DNA from: Oopsacas minuta
Taxonomy: Eukaryota > Animalia > Porifera
Direction of reading: 5' to 3'
NCBI GenBank assembly: GCA_024704765.1
Contig: JAKMXF010000297.1
Coordinates: 186,001 to 250,000, forward strand
DNA length: 64,000 nt
Made by a program: the position numbers and the translations under genes. Positions 25,501-39,600 of this stretch are shown here, in pieces. The notes below the pieces were generated by a model. The model saw only the letters and a program-made list of their open reading frames with translations. It made no database searches and had not been told where the DNA came from. The stretch's first letter is position 1. Each line of letters starts with the position of its first letter.

Positions 25501-28402
25501 AATAACTATACTTACATTCTACGAAGCTCAGAAATTCTCTATTAAAGATGAACTATATAAAATCTCTAAGACTATTCGTATTCGTGTTAGTACAGTAGAT
25601 AAGTATCAAGGTGAAGAGAACAGGATAATATTGTTCTCAGCAGTACGTAGTAACAATGAAAATAACATAGGTCATTGTAGGACGGATAACAGAGTGTGTG
25701 TAGCATTGTCTAGAGCTAGAGAAGGTCTCTATCTAATTGGAAATTCTCACTGTCTGAGGGAGGGAGGGAAGAGAACTGGATTATGGGATAAGATTTTGGA
25801 TACTTTCTCAAATAAATTAGGGCCATCACTACCGTTATCTTGTCAGAATCATCCTTATAAAATAACTAATGTATCTTGTTCGGGAGATTTCAATAAAGTA
25901 CCGTTGGGAGGGTGTGATCTACCCTGTGATCAGATCAAACCCTGTGGACATAAATGTACTTTGAAATGTCACCCGTATAGTCACGATCAAATAAAGTGTT
26001 TAGAATTCTGTGACAGAATAAGACAGTGTGGACATATGTGTTTTAGAGCTAACGGGTCAAGGAAGAAATGTTTTGAGGACTGCGATGTTTGTCTACTGAT
26101 GCTTGTGAAAGTATTACAACAATGTGGTCATGAGATGTTACTTCCTTGTTGTCAAACACCACTACATAGTCTGTGTAAAGAGAAATGTAGAAATAAATTA
26201 TCTTGTGGACATTATTGTAGTGAGAATTGTGGTACAGATTGTTCAGAAGTATTGTGTATGAAGTCATGTGAACGGTTACATGCATGTGGACACCCTTGTG
26301 TTAGAGAGGACGGAAAGGCTCTAAGAAAATGTTACTCCCCCTGTGATCAATGTCATTTTAAAGTTGATAAATCTCTTAAGCAGTGTGGACATATCCTCTC
26401 GCTTCCTTGCTACATAACTCCTAGTCATGATCTTTGTAAACTGCCTTGTAAGAAGGTTTTGAGATGTGGTCATGTTTGCCAGAGATATTGTGGAGTGAAT
26501 TGTGATTTATTCGGCTGCGCTCAACCTTGTAATAAATTGCTATTGTGTGGTCATAACTGCACGGAATATTGCAACACACCTTGTACACAGAAGTGTATCG
26601 CTCCTTGTAAGGTTGTAAAGCCGTGTAATCATCCGTGTGTTGAGCAAGATGGCATAACTCCCAAGGTCTGTTCAGATACCTGTGGAGAATGTAACTACTT
26701 GGTAGATAAGGAAGTTCCTGGTTGTAAACATAAGATGAGAGTATCTTGCTCGCTCACACTAACATCTAATATGTGTAATCATCCTTGTGTTAAGTTATTG
26801 AACTGTGGACACAAATGTCCCGGTTTATGTAGTCAGGATTGTTCTTCATTAACATGTAAAGAGATAATATTGAAGATTCTACCTTGTGGACATGAGCTTA
26901 ACCTTCCTTGCTCAGAAGATCCAGTAGTTAACTGTACAGTACTAATCGATATACCTCTGATATGCGGTCATGTATTAACTATGACTTGTTTTAACAAGTC
27001 TAAGACAGTAGTAGAAGATCTTGAATGTTCTAAATTTTGTCTTTTCCATTTACCATGTGGTCACCCATGCTCAGGTGCTTGTAGGGATTGTATAAACGGG
27101 AGTGAGCATGTGTTGTGTAAGCAGATTTGTGGTCGAAAGTTAGTTTGTGGTCATATATGTGAACAACTTTGTCACGGACTTTTCATGTGTACTCCATGCG
27201 GGAAACAGTGTCTCAACTGGTGTCCTCATAAAAAGTGTGACCATCTATGTGGAGTGCCATGTTCCCCTTGTAAGAAACAGTGTGCTTGGAGGTGTAGTCA
27301 TTTGAAATGTGATTTAGATTGTAACGAACCTTGTACTCGGCCTCCTTGTAAACTCAGATGTTCTAGAACGTTAAAGTGTAAACATCAGTGTATTGGTGCT
27401 TGTGGTGAAGCCTGTCCTAAGGTGTGTAGGTTGTGCTCTCCAAATGACCTAACATTTGGTAATAGGTACGGAGCAGAAGCAGACCCTAATTCTCTATTTA
27501 TACTGCTTGAAGATTGTGGACATATCTTTGAAGCTACCGGATTTGAATCTGAGTGGATGATCAATAAATCCGGCGGTAGGAATTGTGAATCCTCAGTCTC
27601 CCTCCCTATCTGTCCATATTGTTCTACGCCTATACGCTATAACCGAAGAATTTCTAAAGAAATAAAATCTGTGATTAGAGGAATTAATGAAATTAAGAAT
27701 GAAATAATAGAAGAATTCAGAACAGCATGCAATCGTAATTGTATAACTCTACGAGAGGGTATAGAGACATTACCACATAGCGAATTCCATTATTCAATGA
27801 ACTTATGCTTGTTTGATATTGAGGCGATAGTCAAAGAATCTGAAGCATTGAAATTACCATATATACACAAGTTAATCTTACTGATGTCTGAATTGTGTAC
27901 TCATCCATCTCTTCTTTCTAATCATACTAAAATTCATATTCACTTCTTAGAATGTAAAGCGATTTATCGCTTATTAGAGAGCCCACATTTTACTAAATTG
28001 GACCCTATCAGTCTATCAGAGCTGAGTGTTTATGCTGACAAGTGTCATATGTTGGCATCATTCTATTCTCTTCAGAATACGGAAGAAATACATCTTAGCG
28101 AAGATGATTCTAAGAAACTAAAATCTCTCTTCAAACTATTCTCCTTTCAATTGAAAGAGAACCCTTCAGACATACGTAAACCTGTTACTGAGCATATCAC
28201 TGTTAGCAAGTGTTTCATTTATAAGTTGGGGCTAAAATATACTAGCATAGACAGTGATACAGAGAATAGTATAGTAATGTGTAACCCAGTCCATTGCTAC
28301 ATTAGTGGTTGGTATTTTTGTGAACGTGACCATCCATTTGCTACTAAGGATCTTAATGTGGCTACAATCCAATGCTCCAAGTGCAATCGCTTATATTTAT
28401 AG
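22545..28402 (+). CDS. ZNFX1: NFX1-type zinc finger helicase ZNFX1-like, intronless, with one -1 frameshift near 23387
   Basis: YPDAETFLDVHFKLLREDMIRPIRQG in ORF1. ORF2 has SKRLMFGTL, QGPPGTGKT, IEESAEVLEAH, IGDHKQLRP, QHRMRPEI, TVDKYQGEEN, NRVCVALSRAR, many NF-X1 Cys/His fingers, LEDCGHIFE and a terminal RZ-like finger. Confidence 0.88.
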
Positions 28403-28600
28403 GCGATTTAATTTGTATACTTATAACTTGGAAATACATTTTTACTTATGTTTATTTAATAAATTTATTTCGACAATTTTGACCTTCAAAGTCAACACCT
28501 ATAGTATTTAATATATTGGCTAATTTACAAATATCTCTGATTACTTTTGTTCACTAATTAGATTGTATTATTATTATTATTATTCGGCTGAATAGAGATA

Positions 28601-28983
28601 ATGCCATCTAGCCAACGTATGAGACTAGCAAACAAGAGTCATTCTCAGAATGTTACTCAGAGAGGGAATGTACCCAAATCACAGGTAATATTATAATTAT
28701 GTTTTGTTATTTATTATGGTAAACTGTTATACTAATTCCTATTAGTATTCTTCCATTATATTTCGGTATAATAAGTATTCAAAATTCTACAATAACTGCT
28801 TTAGAATCCTAAGGAGGAGAAGTATCCTGTCAGCAAAGGTCTTATATATTTTTTCATATTCATTGTTGTTGGCTCAGGTAAGATTTCACACATGTACATA
28901 TGCCAAGTTTGCTTATGATCTTATTATTTGTCAATTTTGTAGCTCTGTTCCAGATTATTTCATCAATTGTCAATTCAATATAA
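28601..28983 (+). CDS. SERP1: Stress-associated ER protein RAMP4/SERP1, 3 exons (absent from the ORF track)
   Basis: Joined: MPSSQRMRLANKSHSQNVTQRGNVPKSQ|NPKEEKYPVSKGLIYFFIFIVVGS|ALFQIISSIVNSI*. Confidence 0.9.
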
Positions 28984-29255
28984 AGCTTACTGCTAAACGC
29001 TCTACTTTATGCTACACTAGAACTGCACTGCTATGATGTATGTTTGTTTACTGACTTCGTAGTTTAGTCTACCTGGTTTGTAAACATTGTTTGGTTTAGG
29101 CTTTATTTATTATTAACAGATGTATTTATATTTGAATCTGTTTAAGTGCAAATAATTAGTGTCTCCTTAATGCGAGACAAATCGCCATTTATCTCGCTAA
29201 ACAAACAGTAATGCAAAGTTAATCAACTGTATACATATGAATTGTACATTTCCAG

Positions 29256-30919
29256 ATGAGTTCCTCATTAGATACCAGCGAAACCGATATAATTCAGATA
29301 TTGATACACATATCAAAACCCTATGCAACTAACACTTCTACTGCTACATTAGGACCATGGATTGGTTCTCAAGCTGCTCAGTCTACACAACTAACACCGT
29401 CAGTAAAACAGAGACGTGAGGATAGACCTGGTACTCGGAAGAGATCTGGTGTTCAGAGTCAGAATCGTGTCTACACATTTCAACACTTCTCAGATAGATA
29501 TCAATACATACAGGCTTATAACGATGAACACACAGCTAAGAATCAAAGTAATCCATTTAGTACTAGATATATAGCTATACCTCAAACATTCATATCACTA
29601 CCACATCCTGACTGTAACAGAGCTCAACTACGTTATGTAGAGGATCAAAATAAATATCCCATCCCGATCGCTTTAGGAAAAACTAACAATTGCAAAACTA
29701 ATTCTACGCCCAATCTCTGTCTCCTACCGGGGGACGGAGCTACCCAGCTCCCGCCTATAGAGGTGCAGAGAAACCCATCAGCTAGACAAGAGAAGAGATT
29801 TGTTCACCCAAAGAGCATAGTTTATATTGATCCTACTCGCTCTACCAAAGCTAACACTTTCACAGACTCAGCTCTAAATATTCTATCGAATAGTTTTGAT
29901 GTATTGAGATGTAAACCACAATTTGATTCTAAATTCAAAGGTAGACTAACTAACCAAGCTGATTCAATAAATAGTAAACAAACTTGTAGGAAGTTAGAGA
30001 AGCTATTGGTTACTTGTGAGAACGATGCTCTTAATCTCGAAAATATGATACAGAACTTATGCAAGTCTATTCCCTCAGTTAAACTGGAGCTGAAGCAGGA
30101 GGAGACTAGCAGTGATAAGTTAGCTAAGAAGCGAATTAAGGATAACCCCTCACTCACTAAGGAGGTATTCTATGAGCCATCAGCTGAGCAAATTAATGAT
30201 TCTCTCTTGAATCAGTTAGCTTATGATTGCAATAAAGTGGATTATGATAGCCCATTAGATTTGCAGGTTAGCATCATCCCTTGATAATATAACTATAATA
30301 TATAATAGAACTCGAATGAGAGGTACATCCGCGTACGTACTATCCGATTGTACGTCTTATATGGAAAATGAATGGGGAACTCTATTTTTAGGTTGTAAGA
30401 ATTAGTAAGTATTACCTGAGCGTATTAATACGTCTTATTCGAGTTCTACTGTACCAGCTAATTAGATGGATTAAATTATAGCACATAATAATGGTTAGGA
30501 CGTGAATTATTTTCATGGAATATGCACAATTTGATTTGCATTAATATTACTGTGTGGGACATGTTAATTACAAATTCTATACTTTCGTAACGTACCGTAA
30601 CAATTTATTATTATGATCCTGTCTACAGTTCGATGGGAGAATCTATCACACTGATCTAGAGACATTCTTACAGTGTTTAGATCAGAAACTACAAAATTCA
30701 TCCAAGGCCTCTATAGAGGATCTTATGAACTCTATACATGTACACACAGCTGCTTCCATCATAAACGCCAAAACTGTTAGTCAAAACTCTCGTAGTGCAA
30801 TTGGAAGTAAGAAGGAATTACGGTCAAAACCTCGAATTACAGGAGATGAATCAGCACTCGGATTAGGGGGGAAAAAGATCAAAGTAAATATGAACATAAG
30901 AAAAAGGAAAATTTATTAG
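29256..30919 (+). CDS. Uncharacterised protein, probably 3 exons
   Basis: Long exon 29256-30267, a probable 24-nt exon 30309-30332 and a last exon 30629-30919 join in frame. Basic C-terminal tail. No family recognised. Confidence 0.55.
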
Positions 30920-31098
30920 CTCTCAGATTAACTATCTATATATTGCGGTATCCTATCATGGTTTCTCTTATGTATTCTGTACCGAGTTTTAATATATTAT
31001 CTGTTTTACTCAGTTTAATACAAATTAATTCGTTTTATTTGGTAAGCATGTGTGATGAGAATTTATTTTGCTAGTTATTAGCATTATAAGATTACAAG

Positions 31099-32814
31099 AT
31101 GATGACTCAAGATGTTATAGATCAATGGATAGAGATTACTGAGGATTGTAAATACCTACCAGAGAACGAGCTAAAAGTGAGTTTTCCATTATACTCTCTA
31201 TTAGGTTAAATTGTTGCAATAAGTAATGATATATACATATCTACCTACCAAACCCTATTGAATTCTGTATTATTTGTTTAGAAATTGACTGACTATGTAT
31301 GTGAGCTGTTGTTAGAGGAATCTAATGTACAACCGGTTTCAACTCCAGTCACTGTATGTGGCGACATTCACGGACAGGTTAGTGACAAATACATTATAAT
31401 TTATGATCCTATGTAACGATATGCGTATACATATAACAATTTTTTAGTTTTATGATTTGCGAGAGCTATTTAAGACAGGAGGGAATCCTCCAGATACAAA
31501 TTATATTTTTATGGTAAGTTAAACAAATTTTCCTACAATTATGCTACTCGTAAATATAACAGAGGATGTATGTAGGGAGATTTCGTAGACAGAGGTTATT
31601 ATAGTTTGGAGACATTCACCAGACTAATGGTATTGAAGGCCAGGTTAGTATCATACGTTTTAAGAAACAGCGTTTTATCCACATTAGTACAACACTTTTG
31701 TTGTTTGTTTATTTGTATTTGATTTTGGCGACAGCGGTCAGGTAATAATTATCTTGTGTAATTCCAGTTTATTTCGTGTCATTTGATGGTTTAAGAGTAT
31801 TGAATATACGTCTTATGGAAATAACTGCATAACCATTAGATTCATGATTTTATAACAAATGTAATATTGCTAGAAGTCCGGATAAGGTAACCCTTCTAAG
31901 AGGAAATCATGAATGTAGACAGATTACTCAAGTATACGGGTTTTATGGTTAGTGAATATTTACATTATTTACTCTTACATTACGTCCTCACTTATAATTA
32001 CTTTATTTGATTCATATTAGATGAATGTCAGAACAAATATGGAAATCCGAATGCATGGAAATATTGTACGAAAGTATTTGACTTACTAACTATTGCTGCT
32101 GTGAGTAAACCTTTCAATAATTCATTTCCAGAAATGTATAGATACTGCTGCTTGGGCTACTTTTTAAAATATTGAATTTACTTTTTTTGTAATTAGATAA
32201 TTGACGAAGAGATATTGTGTGTTCATGGCGGTCTCTCACCGGATATCAGAACTTTAGACCAGGTAATTGCTAATAACACATTTGACTATGTTAACTAGAA
32301 CAGAGATTAAATAATATTATAAAAATTCTCCAAACCTACAAAGACAATTTCCATAGATTCGTCTCATCGAGCGAGATATGGAGATTCCACATGAAGGCGC
32401 ATTCTGTGATTTGGTCTGGTCAGATCCAGACGACGTGGAAAACTGGGCAGTGAGCCCGAGAGGAGCTGGTTGGCTGTTTGGCAAAAGAGTCACAGATGAA
32501 GTATGTTTATTTTCAGAATTACTAATAATATAATAGTTATGTGTTTGATAATTCTTTTTTCTTAGTTTATGCAGCTGAACTCACTGAAATTGATATGCAG
32601 AGCTCACCAACTAGTTCATGAAGGCTGTAAGTTCATGTTTGACCAAAAGCTAGTGACTATCTGGAGTGCTCCTAATTACTGCTATCGATGTGGAAATGTA
32701 GCAGCTATGATAGAATTCATTACTTCTGATAACAGAGTGGAGAAAACATTCAGGGCTGTTCCTGACAGTGAAAGGGTTATCCCTCAGAGAATTGTCACGC
32801 CTTACTTTTTATAA
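31099..32814 (+). CDS. PPP6C: Serine/threonine protein phosphatase 6 catalytic subunit, 9 exons
   Basis: [57 protein letters not shown] and the PP6-type C-terminus [19 protein letters not shown]. Confidence 0.95.
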
Positions 32815-33685
32815 CTTTTACTCTAACTTTATTCTAACATTTGCATGTACTACTATTGACTGAGAATTCGTCCCTAGCTCCTAACTGTACATAAGTGGTG
32901 AGCTATTTTGCTCCTGTGTTATTTTAGTTAGAATGGTATTATCTATTATCAATAAATAAATGAATGTCAATAATAACTATTCTGGTTGTAAGGGAGATTC
33001 ATTACATTATTCGATTTCCCAGATACTATAGGCTATGTATATAGTAGATCCCTAGTTTACTAGAAATTGATCTTACCCAACCATCCACCAAGTCTTTCAG
33101 CTCAGCTATATAAGCTAGTATGATTGCAATTTTGTTTAGTTAAATTGAAATTTACTCAAATTGTTTGTATTGATTATTACTGATATTTGTTTACTTCTAT
33201 ATCCCATTTGTGAATTTATTCCCTCAAATCTCTTGAGGTTAGTGTTGTCCTGTTTAAATTTTGTTGATTTTCTTGTGTATATAATAGAAGGGATTTGGGT
33301 ACTTTTGTAACTACAATGTAGAATTTCTCTCGCTTGCAGCATGTCAGATATGATAAATGAAATTTGTTGTAGAATCAATGCCCCCATGTAACAAGTACCG
33401 TGCATGTTGCATAAAAATACAATTTGGCATGCAACATTTTTGCAGGAAAATAGAACATGGATTTTCTTGCAACAAAAGTTGCATTGTATATTTGAATAAA
33501 TGCAGATAATATAATAGAATCTTTTTTGAACTTTCCTCCTAGCTTCTATTATGAATTATGGGCATTTATAGGGTCGTACCCGCATTCTATTCCAACATAC
33601 CTATTTACTTTCTTTACATTGCTATAAATTATTTCACAGCTAGAATATAAATCTAAACAATAACTGTTGGAAGTTAACCCCTACA

Positions 33686-36600
33686 ATGGCGCTGAATGAT
33701 TCGTCAGCTCCTCTCCGCTCTATCAAACGGGTTCAGTTCGGATTCCTGAATCCTGATGAAGTGGTATGTCTATTCTATTTCTAATTAATTTGTATAATTT
33801 TATCTCTTGTATCAATCTCTAGAAACAAATGTCAGTGACTGATGAAGGTATACAGTTTCCTTACACAATGGAAGGGGGTAGACCAAAGCACGGAGGTCTC
33901 ATGGACCCAAGACAGGGAGTAATCGACAGAACTTCTCGATGTCTTACATGTGCAGGAACTATGGCAACCTGTCCCGGACATTTTGGACATATTGAACTTG
34001 CTAAACCGGTTTTTCACATTGGCGTACTTCCTAAGATTCTGAAAGTCCTCAGATGTGTATGCTTCTTTTGTTCAAAGCTCCTAGTATCAACTGTAAGTAT
34101 AATATAGCCTGTATTACGTATAGTACATCAAATAATCGTATATTTTTCTGTTTTTTAGAAAAATGAGAATGTTAAAGAAATATTAGATAAAACACGCAAT
34201 AACCCCCGTAAACGTCTCCTATACATTTATGATATGTGTAAGACCAAAACCTACTGTGAGCCTGGTGGCGTACAGGAAAGAGATGATCCAGACCAACAAA
34301 ATCCAGATAACCAGCAGGTAGGTAGAAATATAAATATTTCTTAAACCAGTACCTGCTGTATTTTCTACTGTATGTTAGGAAACGCTAGGATGTAGTCGTA
34401 CACAACCCCGTATACGTCGTAATGGACTAGAGCTTAGTGTTGAATGGAAACATAAAGATGTAGATGATGAAAATCAAGAACGAGAAAGTATTCTAACAGC
34501 TGAGAAGGTTCATGAAATATTTAAACTAATTACTGAAGAAGATTGTATTGCTCTAGGTCTTGATCCTCGCTACTCTCGTCCTGATTGGATGGTGATCACT
34601 TGTCTCCCTGTAGCTCCTCTCTCTGTCAGGCCCTCGGTAGTCCTGCATGGGGGCTCTGCTAGAAGTCAGGTAATTCTTGATATAGTTAAGATCGCATATA
34701 AAATTGAACCTTTTAAATGAAATTCTCTTATACCGCATACAGTGGAACCTCGTTAATACGAATTTCCAGATAACACGAACAAATAATTACACACATCAGA
34801 TCCCTACAATGGTTATTCAATTGGTATTGCCCCGGATAATGGGAACACATTTTTACCGTCCGTGATTAACAAGGTTATCCAGTCAATTTCGATCTGTCCC
34901 ATAAGATTTGTATTAAGTGCATGCACAATATTGCTTAATTAACACTGGATAGTGTTTCGATTCCCTAAAATTTATAAGCAGTCCTGATTGTATGTCCATC
35001 TTAGTGAATTTACTTATCTCAATTCTTGTAGGATGATCTTACACACAAGTTAGCAGATATCGTAAAATCTAACAATTCTCTAAAGAAGAATGAAGAGAAC
35101 GGATCTGCTACTCACATTATTCAGGAAGATGTTAAGATGCTACAGTACCACGTAGCTACTCTATTTGATAATGAGATACCAGGATTACCCAGGGTATGTT
35201 ATACAACAATTATATGGTTATCCAGGTTTTCTCAATCTTATTTGATGATATATGTATTATAGGCTATGCAGAAATCTGGTCGTCCCCTGAAATCAATAAA
35301 ACAGAGACTCAAATCAAAAGAAGGGCGTATCCGTGGTAACCTTATGGGAAAGAGAGTTGACTTCTCAGCTCGAGCTGTGATCACACCAGACTCTAATCTG
35401 TCTATTGATCAGGTTGGCTGTCCCAGAACTATAGCTCAGAATTTAACTTTTCCAGAAATTGTCACTCCATTCAACATAGATAAGTTCGTATAGATACAGA
35501 AGTGATCCTTAGGAATGTTGCATTAATTCCATGCTTCTAATAGGATGCACGAGCTAGTTCGTCGAGGTCATGATCAATACCCTGGTGCCAAATATATTAT
35601 TCGAGACAATGGAGAGAGAATTGACCTGCGGTACCATCCTAAACCAGCTGATTTACATCTACAGTATGGATACAAGGTAGAGAGACATATTGTAGATGAT
35701 GACGTCATAGTATTCAACAGACAACCTACTCTACACAAGATGTCTATGATGGGACACAGAGTAAAGATATTACCATGGTCTACTTTTAGGTTAAACCTTA
35801 GGTAATAACTAAATTTGTGTTTTTCTACACACATTTACGACTACTTAACATAATTATCTGTTACTAGCGTGACAACACCATACAATGCTGATTTTGATGG
35901 TGATGAGATGAATCTGCATGTGCCTCAGAGCATGGAGACACGAGCAGAGGTTTCAGAGCTGTTAATGGTAAACAAACACATAATTTCTCCTCAGTCAAAC
36001 AAGCCTGTAATGGGTATAGTACAAGACACACTGACTGCAGTCTGTAAGATGACGAAACGAGATGTATTCATAGAGCGAGATGACATGATGAACTTGCTTA
36101 TGTGGTATCCTGAATGGGACGGTCGAATGCCTCAACCAGCCATCTTAAAGCCTAAACCCCTATGGACAGGCAAACAACTGTTATCTCTGGTTATACCTGG
36201 AAATATAAACTGTACCAACACGTGTTCTACTCATCCGGATGAGGAAGATGATACTCCTAACAGAAATATATCTGTAGGGGATACAAGGGTTAGTTGATGG
36301 AGTAGTGTAAGGAATAATAATACAAACTTTATTACGTATACTCTATAGGTTTTAATTGAGAATAGTGAGCTAATCTCTGGGATAATCTGTAAGAAGACTG
36401 TAGGGAGATCAGGCAGTTCTCTCATTCACATCGTAGCATTGGAGTTAGGCCCTGAACCTGCACGCTGTATGTTCAATAACATACAAACAGTTGTCAACAA
36501 CTGGCTCTTGATTGAAGGACATTCTATGGGGATAGGAGATACTATCGCTGATCACCAAACTTATCTGAATATACAAGAAACAATCAAAGAGTCAAAGATT

Positions 36601-39600
36601 CGTGTCACTGACGTCATCAAACAAGCGCACAACGATCAGCTGAAGCCATCACCTGGTAACACCCTCAGAACAACCTTTGAGAATAACGTGAATAGACTGT
36701 TGAATCGGGCCCGTGACCAGACAGGGTCTAGCGCACAGCGAAGTCTCTCTGACTTCAATAACATGAAAGCAATGGTTGTATCAGGAGCTAAAGGTTCTAA
36801 GATTAACATATCTCAGGTTATAGCTTGTGTGGGTCAGCAGAATGTAGTGGGAAAGCGTATACCTTTCGGATTCAGACACAGGACGTTACCTCACTTCATT
36901 AAGGACGATTACGGACCTGAGAGTAGAGGTTTCGTAGAAAATTCCTATCTAGCTGGTCTCACCCCTAACGAGATGTTCTTCCACGCAATGGGAGGGAGAG
37001 AGGGACTGATTGACACAGCTGTAAAGACTTCTGAAACTGGTTAGTACTATCGAGTAAATAATATACAAATTTCACTCATTCTTTGAATCGATATATTTAC
37101 AGGTTATATTCAGAGACGTCTAATCAAGGCAATGGAGGGACTAATGGTGAAATATGACGCTACTATCCGTAACTCTAATGGACAAGTGGTACAGCTACGT
37201 TACGGAGAAGATGGAATAGACGGTGCACACATGGAGTCTCAGAACCTCAGTTCTCTTGCTATCGGAGACAAGGCCTTTGAGAGAAAATATCACTTCACTT
37301 ATAATAACGAGAGGTTAAGACAGTTTATTTTAAAATGTTATTACATTAGTTTATATATTTACACATACCAGGCAAATGAAGAAATATGTAACAGAGGATG
37401 TGATCCATGAGTTAGTAGTCAATCCAGAGGCTCAGGCTAAGTTCGAGGAAGAATTCGCTCGACTTCATGACGACCGTACAATTCTGCGAGAGATATTCAA
37501 GGATGGAAACAGTAGAGTAGTACTGCCTTGTAATCTGAATAGGATGATATGGAATGCTAGGAAAACTTTCAAAATTAGTAACAAGAATAATTCTGATCTC
37601 AATCCTCTCAGAGTAATTGAAGGTTAAAATAATAACAACCTATCTTTATAAATTACTCAACATAAATTTGAATTACGTATTTATAGGAGTGGATGAACTT
37701 TGCAAAAAATTGATCATTGTGGAAGGAGATGATCCTATCTCGAAAGAAGCTCAGTATAACGCTACACTACTAATAAACATACATTTGAGAGCTACACTCG
37801 CCTCAAAGCGAGTCATGGAGGATCACCGTCTCTCATCTCAAGCGTTTGACTGGCTACTGGGAGAGATAGAGAGTAGATTCAATTTGGCTAAGGTAATTTA
37901 GTATTAGGATATACTGATAATTAAATTAACTGCTCGATGGCAAAAGCTGTAGTATTAAACACTAGATAATGTTAGGTACAACCTGGAGAGATGGTAGGTG
38001 CTCTATCAGCACAATCTCTTGGTGAACCTGCTACACAGATGACACTGAATACATTCCATTTCGCCGGAGTCTCTGCTAAGAATGTAACTCTAGGAGTACC
38101 TAGACTAAAGGAAATTATTAATGTATCGAAAAGGCCGAAAACTCCCTCTCTGACAATATTCCTGCTAGGACAGGCTGCTAAAGATAAAGAGAAGTGCAAA
38201 GTAAACTAATTCATTAAATTTGTTTTCAAATTAATTGGTTTACATATTTATGCAGTTTCTGTTATCAGGAAGTACAATGTCGTCTGGAGCATACTACACT
38301 GAAAAAGGTTGTTGCAAATACAGCTATCTACTACGACCCAGATCCCATGAATACTGTAATTCCTCAAGATCAGGAATGGGTGAACATGTATTACGAGATG
38401 CCAGATTTCAACAAAACTAATATATCACCATGGTAAGTGTATAATACAGGGGTGGGTTAACTGGCTTTACACAACCCATTACCTAGTTGATAATTCCTTA
38501 CAATTGTTAAGTAAATCGTTTCAATACGAGGCTTCTAGTTTTTGGGAGCTAGCATTGTGTGTTAATATTTATTACATGCTTAATTCAATTCCAGGCTCTT
38601 ACGTATTGAGTTAGATCGGAGATTAATGACAGACACTAAATTGACGATGGAACAAATTTCCGAGAAAATCAATCGTTCATTCGGAGAGACTATGAGTTGT
38701 ATATTTACAGATGATAATGCTGATCAGCTGGTACTGCGGATAAGACTGGTAGATGGAGATGATAACAAATTGGGAGATGAGGAGGAAGTAGCAGACAAAG
38801 CAGAGGATGAATCCTTCCTACGTCTATGTGAGTACAATCTGCTCACAAATGTAACACTAAAGGGGGTGGAGCAGATATCTAAGGTGTATATGTACAGTCC
38901 TAATGAAGATGCTAAGAAGAGGACTATCATTACTCCAGAGGGAGAATTCAAGAAAATAACTGAGTGGATATTAGAGACAGATGGTACCAACCTACTACGA
39001 GTAAGTATTTAATAACTTTATTTATTTAACGATAATGTGTAACCATATGTACTTCCAATAGTTGCTGAGCGAACCTTCAGTAGACCCAGTACGTACATAC
39101 TCGAATGACATCTGCGAAATATTTCGCGTTCTAGGGATTGAGGCTGTAAGAAAGGCCGTTGAGAAGGAAATGAATGCTGTCATATCGTTTGATGGGTCCT
39201 ATGTCAATTACAGACATTTAGCACTGCTGTGTGATATAATGACTTGTAAAGGTCATTTAATGGCTATCACAAGACACGGAGTGAATAGACAAGATCTGGG
39301 AGTACTCATGAGATGTTCTTTTGAAGAAACTGTAAGTTTAAATAACTTGTAAATATATTTTATATATCATTAATATATGATACTCTCAGGTTGATGTGTT
39401 GTTAGACGCAGCAGTACATTCAGAGTGTGATATGATACGTGGAGTATCTGAGAACATAATACTGGGACAACTGGCTCCTATTGGTACAGGTAGTTTCGAC
39501 CTGATGCTGGATGTAGATGTGTGTAAAGATGCTATGGACATTAATCCGAGAGGCCCGGGGCTTCCAATGCCATTCCCATTCATGGCTACTCCAATGGGAC

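Noticed and set aside
33400-33490. GTTGCA/TGCAAC inverted motifs upstream of RPB1 resembling RFX X-boxes
   Set aside because: Spacing does not match the 14-bp X-box; more likely a repeat remnant.
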